This document shows positions 57,963 through 64,000 of a stretch of DNA of 64,000 nt, in pieces (position 1 is the first letter of the stretch; each line of letters starts with the position of its first letter). The notes beneath the pieces are model-generated. The model was not told the DNA's origin. It ran no database searches and saw only the letters and a program-made list of their open reading frames with translations. Source of the stretch: Entomortierella parvispora E1425 (taxonomy: Eukaryota > Fungi > Mortierellomycota); assembly GCA_020891255.1 (NCBI GenBank), contig BQFW01000012.1, positions 2,480,001-2,544,000 on the forward strand, in the 5' to 3' direction. The position numbers were made by a program, and so were the translations under genes.

Positions 57963-59783
57963 TTAAGACGAAGAAAAGGACGGTTCCGTTTCTGGGTAGA
58001 GAACCTGGGGAGCTCTTTTTGGGGATGGGGGGATCAGTTGTGGTGAATGAACTCGTCTTGGTACACCGGAGTTAGAGCTGGAAGCGGATTCAACTGAGAG
58101 CTGACTGTTTCGCTTGGTGTTGTCGACCCTGGTCGACTCTTTTGTGGCGGAAGCAGAGGTTGGGGCTGGGGCTACTATCACAGCGGGTACGGCAGGCGCA
58201 GCCCCCAATCTTGAAGTCGCCGGTGTGGATACCTCTGGCCAGGGCTCGCTTTTGGTGAATCGAGCATCGCTCTCTGTAGTTGCATAGTCGCCCAACGAAG
58301 AGACACCTGCTGTGGGTGGGTATGGTGCAACATAGCCCTGGTCCGGCAACGTTTGACCTCTGTAATCGTAGTTGAACTGACCGTTGTTGTTTGACTGGGT
58401 CGACGGGTAAGTGGCTGCCACACCCGGAGAGACCCTCGATGGACTAAAGACGCCTGCAGGACGTTCAAATCCTTGCCCCTGTTGCTGGAGATGCTGGAAC
58501 TGATCACCAGAGTACCGTTGCTGATCAGAGTAGTAGCCATCACCCTGGATGCCGTATTCTGCTTGCGGCTGTTGTGCCACACCTCCATAGTACGGGCTGG
58601 TTGCCTGACCAGCTACCCCACCAATCGCTCCTCCAGCTACTCCACCAGGAGCCACTGCAGCAGCTTGCCGCCATTCTTGATCCGCAAGGTACTGCTGGTA
58701 CTGATTGTACCTAGCAGCTTCCTGTTCTCTCTGGGCAGCGTACTCGGGATTATACCGCTCTTCATCTGTCATACCGGGTTCAGTAGGTGACGCATAGACG
58801 ATGCGTTGTTGGTTCCCGTAGTAGTCTCCTTGCCTTCCTCCTGCTTCCTGGTGCATTTGTTGCTGCTGCATCTGACGGCGTCTATTGGCTTCATACCCGT
58901 AAGCACCGCCCATTGCCGCTGCCTCTCCTCCGCCTGCAAGAATGTCGCTTTCGTATCCCATACCGCCGGAGGATATTTGTGAAATCTGGTTCTCTCCCAG
59001 CAACGAAGCTGTACCCATCGATGGGGCCTGAGGTGGTATCCGGCCGCCATTACCAGTTGCGGGCCATTGCTGTCCATGGGCTCCAGTCAGTATACCGTCA
59101 CCGCCACTGTCACCGCCCTGTCTTCCTGCTCGATTCTCTTGCAAATCAATGGCCACAGGGTTAAACATCAAGTCGGTGTTCCTATTCTTTTGGCGTCGGC
59201 GACGACGAGACGCAAACATGGCCAAGGCGGTGAGGGCGATAATGGCCGCCAAAGCAGCCACAGCTATCCCTACAATGGCTCCTGTGGAGAGGCGGTTGCT
59301 GTTATCATCCGAAGGCGTAGGCGTTTCAGTTGGAGGGATAGTTGGTCTTGTAGTCGTTGTCGGAGGTGGAGATGAGCTATTTGTACTTGAACTGGTGCTT
59401 GAGCCTGTGCTGGTTCCAGTTATGGTCAGAGTTCTTGTGGATGTGCTTGTTGAGAGAGTCGTTGTCTTCGTTGTTGTTGTTGTTGTTGTTGCTGTCGTTA
59501 TGATGGTGGTCGGGGGTTTAGTCGTTGTGGTCGGAGGCTCTGCTGTAGTAGTAGTAAGACGCTCTGTTGTAGTAGTAGGCAGCGGCTCTGTTTTCGTCGT
59601 GGGGGGTAAAGTGGAGGTTGGATGGACGATGCTCGTGATGACAGGGTCGGCGATTTTGGGCACGAAAGATGTCACGATGGTCGGGAACTGATCGACAATG
59701 GTCAAAGGCGTTATGGGCCCTATCCATGGCGTTCTCGTCCTTGTCCTCGTCCTCCGTGCCAACGTGGTGGAGTTGGTGAACAT
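57963..59783 (-). CDS. Thr/Ser-rich single-pass membrane protein (Mid2/Wsc-like topology) with a long Gly/Gln/Tyr-rich cytosolic tail (about 606 aa)
   Basis: Intronless coding stretch from MFTNST. A mucin-like TTT/SSS region precedes the TM segment LSTGAIVGIAVAALAAIIALTALAMFA and a basic stop-transfer SRRRRRQKNR. The start site is uncertain. Confidence 0.8.
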   Translation of the reverse strand: MFTNSTTLARRTRTRTRTPWIGPITPLTIVDQFPTIVTSFVPKIADPVITSIVHPTSTLPPTTKTEPLPTTTTERLTTTTAEPPTTTTKPPTTIITTATTTTTTTKTTTLSTSTSTRTLTITGTSTGSSTSSSTNSSSPPPTTTTRPTIPPTETPTPSDDNSNRLSTGAIVGIAVAALAAIIALTALAMFASRRRRRQKNRNTDLMFNPVAIDLQENRAGRQGGDSGGDGILTGAHGQQWPATGNGGRIPPQAPSMGTASLLGENQISQISSGGMGYESDILAGGGEAAAMGGAYGYEANRRRQMQQQQMHQEAGGRQGDYYGNQQRIVYASPTEPGMTDEERYNPEYAAQREQEAARYNQYQQYLADQEWRQAAAVAPGGVAGGAIGGVAGQATSPYYGGVAQQPQAEYGIQGDGYYSDQQRYSGDQFQHLQQQGQGFERPAGVFSPSRVSPGVAATYPSTQSNNNGQFNYDYRGQTLPDQGYVAPYPPTAGVSSLGDYATTESDARFTKSEPWPEVSTPATSRLGAAPAVPAVIVAPAPTSASATKESTRVDNTKRNSQLSVESASSSNSGVPRRVHSPQLIPPSPKRAPQVLYPETEPSFSSS

Positions 59784-60426
59784 GGGGTTTCTCCTGGGTG
59801 GATGGGGAAGGGTGAAAAAAAAAAAAGAAATGAGTCCAGCCAAGGACATTTTTCTTCTGTAATGTTTCATCTGGATGAGACGCGCGCGTGATCACCTGAC
59901 AGAGTCGCGTTTTTTTTGGTTCTTTGGCAACGTCTTGACGGGAAGAGGGCATGGACCAACATGGCTTCATGTTGCGAGCAGTTTGTTGTGTCGGGAAAGA
60001 CGCACGCCCTCTTCCACGTGCGGGTCTTTTCTACCTGTGCTCTGTGCTCTGTGATCTGCGGCGTCATCATCATCATCCCCCCCCAAGCGAAGCGAGGTAG
60101 CACCAACATGGGCCATGGTCCACTCTAGAAGAGAGAGAGAGAGAGAGAGGAGAGAAAAGAAAGATGGGGTGCGCACAGACAGACAGACAGACAGACAGAT
60201 TCCCCTTCCCAGCATGTACTGCACATGTGCGTCTATCTCTCTATCTCCTCTCCTCTCTCGCGCGGCGCTGTTTGTCCCTGTTCTCCCGTTCGCTCATCGC
60301 TCGCCCCCTCTCCTCTCCCTCCCCCTCCCTCTTCTCGACACTAAAGACAAGAAAAAGTCATCTCTCTGCTTGCCATCACTTTGGTCCAAGATCCCCATCC
60401 CATTGATCATCTCTTCCCATGCACCC

Positions 60427-63289
60427 ATGAGCGAACCAGCATTCCTCCCCACAAAGGCTCATCAGCACCTTTTTTACCAGAGCGTAAAGTCCGCTCCCCG
60501 ACAAGGCCCTGGATCCTCAGAGAGCAATTGGAAAGAAAGCGCGTCTCTTCAGCAACAACAACAACAACGACAACAAAAACAACCCAAGGAAGAGCCACAG
60601 CAACAGCATCATCGACCACAACAGCAGCTTCGCCACGCTGCGCTCCTGTCCCCTGCCTTGCTCTCCTCATCAACATCTCCTTCCAAGTCAACGTCAAGGC
60701 CTCGGAGGCAGCTGCAGCCCCAACAGGCTCAGGTCCAGGGATCGCTGTCACAAAGGCGACTGAACCCAATCGATAAAACGCTCGAAGCAACAGCCACGAC
60801 CCTCGACCCTCCGTCCACAACGCGTCTTTTATCTCGCGGAGAGTCTGTGAGCGTTCAGCGGGGCTCTGGGTTGGCGCGCAAGAGATCCACTTCAAACTCT
60901 TCGACTTCGACCACGTCTGTCTCGTACTTGCGGTCGGCTGCTTCGGCCGTCATTGCGACCGCCCACCGAACCCACTTTCGTCACAACAACAGAAACAACA
61001 ACAACAACGTTGGCATCACCCACAACATGAGCGATATCAACAGACTGTCTCAGGATGGACGGGAAGACGACGACGACCTGAACAGCCATAGGAGCAACAA
61101 CGACAAGCTCTCTCTTTGCCACCGACCAGCTGAGAACAGTAGCGGCGGCGATCTCGGATCCTTGATCGGCTACAGGAGTAAAGATCCACGGGGCCATCAT
61201 GCGCACGTCCCGAGCATATCGCCCCCGATCCAGTTTGATCCCGAAGGTCATATTCAAGAACGAGGCATGTGGGAACAGTACAGATACAGGGCGTCTGTGC
61301 CCTTTGGGGTCGAGGCCCAGTCTCAATGGCAATACGCTATCCCCTCCATGGACCTGGGCTCCTTTTCCTCTCGGGGTGACCCGAAGACGCCTTTATTCCT
61401 AACCGATCCATACATCCCCTTGGATCTTGCTGCAATTCACGCAGAGTCATCTCGTCGGTCCAACTGGTCCAATAGTACACACTGTGAACAAGAGCAGGCA
61501 CCCGATGGCTCCGTACCTACACACATACACCATCGATACCCTCTGCCAGCACATCCTCAAGGAAACGACGCTGTAGGGACAATTGAGAACCTGGATGACA
61601 CTGAATCATATGTATCAGAGGCTGATTCCAAAGAGCGGCGGGCAGCTGAACGGCACCAGGACATGCACAGAGCTCTTTTCCCTTCTTCGGGCAACCTCGA
61701 CGAATACCAACAACAAGCACATCCATATCCTGTCGTGGCAGCTCCAGCAGAAACTCAGGAAGACGATGGCGATCGAGAGGTTTTGGAAGTGTATAGGCGG
61801 CGACAGAATCCTCTTCGACCCATAGAACAATATGGCGGTGAACTACTTGCCTTGGAAGACTCCACTCCTTGGCCCACCCTTCATCAGAGCAGCAGTGACA
61901 TGGAAATCGACATGCTTATGAACAACAATGATTCAACTCAGCAAGACCTGTCGTTATTGAACACGTTAGCTCAACTGGAAGAGGAGGTTGGACGACTACG
62001 AGGGGTGAATCGAGAACTGCAGTCAGCTCTGGATCAATGCAGGCAACACAATGGTAGGTCGTTTTTTTTCTTTTTTCTTTTTCATTTAACTGCTTTCTTG
62101 AGGTGCGTCCTACAAGCCTGTTTATATAACACGAGCACCCTGTAGATATGATAGAGCAAGACTATGAGCAAAAGCTCCAAGCAATTCAAAAGCAACACGA
62201 GGAGATGGTCACGGATATGAAGGTATGCCTATCCCCTATAGCCATGCCCTTTTGGGCGATGTTCATTTTTCTCGTGGTTTGCCGATCCGCTCCTCATCTT
62301 CCTCTTCATTTTCTGTTCTCCAGAATCAATTGAAGCGACAACATGATCAGGAGATCCAGGACCACCAACATCAGGAGAGCCAACGAGTCGCTGTCCTCCA
62401 ATCGACCCTGAAGACACAATTGACAGCCTTGCGGAATCTTCACCGAGAAACACGGGACCAACATCGCCAAGCAGAGGCAGATCTGTCACTTTTACTCGAC
62501 TATTTGAAGAACACCCTCAGTCCTTCTTGGATACATTTTTGCAACACTTCAAGCCAGAAAGGGGGATATCAGGAATCCCCTAAGAGCGCCTGGTCTATGA
62601 ATCAAGTCTCTCATTTCACAACGGATCGCCAAGATCGCAAAGTCCAAGAAGAGGCACTGGATAAATCTTTGGCTCTGACAGGAGACATGGCTTGTAAAAC
62701 AACAACGGGTCAGTCATGCTGGCTGATCCTTCAACAGCTGGATAGAGGCATCAACGACATTATCCCTTTGGTTGCAGATGCAGATCCTTTGACGTTCGAT
62801 TCTATCCAGCCCCAAGCACGACAGTGGAAAGAAGGCACAGGAGAATCAGGAGTCAATCTCCTGAAGAGACGGCGGCAACAGCACAAGCGATTGAGCGACA
62901 GCAGTGCCAGCAGCGGGAAGACCATTGTTGCAACTCACTTGGCAGTCGGGACTGCCACAACTGCCACAACGGCTGCCGCATCGCCCGACCCGCCTTCATC
63001 AGCCACCAAAGCTGGTCAAATTCAGCAAGCGCTGGCGACTCTACACTGTGTCGGAGACATGAGAGCCATGGAGGGCGGTCGTCTCCCAACAGAAAATGAC
63101 CTGTTAAACTTCAAACAGGAAAAAGAATATTTTCTGCAGTGTTTGACAGACCTACAGGCCGATCATCAACTCGAGATCGAGAATATCAAGCAGCAGTGCA
63201 TTCGTCTCTACCGAGAGTCCCTTCACGAAGTCCGTGCTGAGCTCATGGACAAGATGCAGCACAAACGCCTTCAAAAAAGAAGGGGTTAG
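60427..63289 (+). CDS. Hypothetical protein with a disordered N-terminus and coiled-coil segments (about 889 aa)
   Basis: Exons 60427-62053, 62146-62222 and 62324-63289, phase-consistent. Heptad-like stretches include LAQLEEEVGRLRGVNRELQSALDQCRQ and LTDLQADHQLEIENIKQQC. Confidence 0.75.
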
Positions 63290-63572
63290 CTCATGAACAG
63301 GGACTTTTCATTCTGTTTTTTTCTCTGTCTGACGCAAAGTCATATCTTTCTCTCCTATCTTTATTATTGTGCGGTGATAGTTGTATGGATAATAAAAAAG
63401 AGCCGATTGCTGGCATAGTATTCTTCCTTTTTCTAAATATACGGCGGGTTGCAGTGGCAGATATCGGGGCGAGAGCAAGGAGTGGGGATCATGGAGATGA
63501 GCCTCCTCAGAAGAAAGCAACCGGTTGCTTGACCTCCCTGCTGCTCCTTGAGAGAAAACAGTCATCTTCAGC

Positions 63573-64000
63573 CTACTCATCGCCGATATCCCTCAAAAAT
63601 TTGCTGTAGCTTTCCCGTACACACTCGCCTCCTTTCTGTGGATCAAACATGAAACGGTAAAAGCTGCCGTCGGCACATATCACTATAGGATAAATGGCAT
63701 AGCAAAAAACATGTTAGATGTCATTTGGCTCTGAGGGCTATCAAGAGATGCAGCGGTAGAGTAATGGAGCAATCATACCTATAACGGTGTTCTTTTCTCC
63801 TCCAAAAGCACAGATACAGCGACAGTCTGCTGCAACTTTGAACTGCGCAAACGACCATGCCGACGAAAAATACTTTGGCAAGAGATCCTTCATAAATGCG
63901 AGGCTAAAAGAAAGTTCGTACAATAGATATGGTGTCAAATCCCTGCATGATATTATCGATCCTACTTTATCAAGGAGGAAAGGCATGGCTTACCTTGATT
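63573..64000 (-). CDS. HSV2: PROPPIN WD40 protein Hsv2/WIPI3-4-like, 3' end only
   Basis: Exons >64000-63994, 63903-63779 and 63682-63573 join to give QSSLAFMKDLLPKYFSSAWSFAQF...CICAFGGEKNTVIVICADGSFYRFMFDPQKGGECVRESY. This matches the WIPI3/WDR45B-type C-terminus. Confidence 0.88.

Overview
Eukaryotic, intron-rich fungal genomic DNA. It has short GT-AG introns with CTRAC-like branch points and microsatellite-rich intergenic DNA. The style resembles Mortierellaceae or another Mucoromycota lineage, but the taxonomy is inferred, not shown. I reconstructed about 24 protein-coding genes by hand, checking exon phases. Housekeeping genes: partial eIF2-alpha, Nma111 protease, RPL14, an NDUFA4/MLRQ-like subunit, a CBS-PB1 protein, NTF2, bystin/Enp1, an AAAP amino-acid transporter, a Yip1-family protein, Ypp1/TTC7 and a partial Hsv2/WIPI. 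Membrane genes: ThrE/Prm10-like, Kch-family, MARVEL-like and a Mid2-like sensor. There are also several low-complexity orphans. No transposon, CRISPR array, rRNA or convincing tRNA was found. The most notable items are: (1) a secreted 441-aa precursor with 16 DHSHH repeats and KR-delimited, cationic His-rich C-terminal peptides, a candidate metal-binding or antimicrobial peptide system; (2) a two-exon 108-aa thioredoxin-fold gene, only partly shown in the ORF track, with EDDC in place of CGPC; (3) two TTGAC(C/T) W-box-like arrays, each about 610 bp upstream of a small gene; (4) a bacterial-type Fe-S L-serine dehydratase with a mitochondrial presequence and a terminal micro-exon supplying the C-terminal Cys; (5) a pair of two-EF-hand paralogues, one apparently using a GC-AG intron; (6) a structured candidate poison exon in an RPL14 intron.
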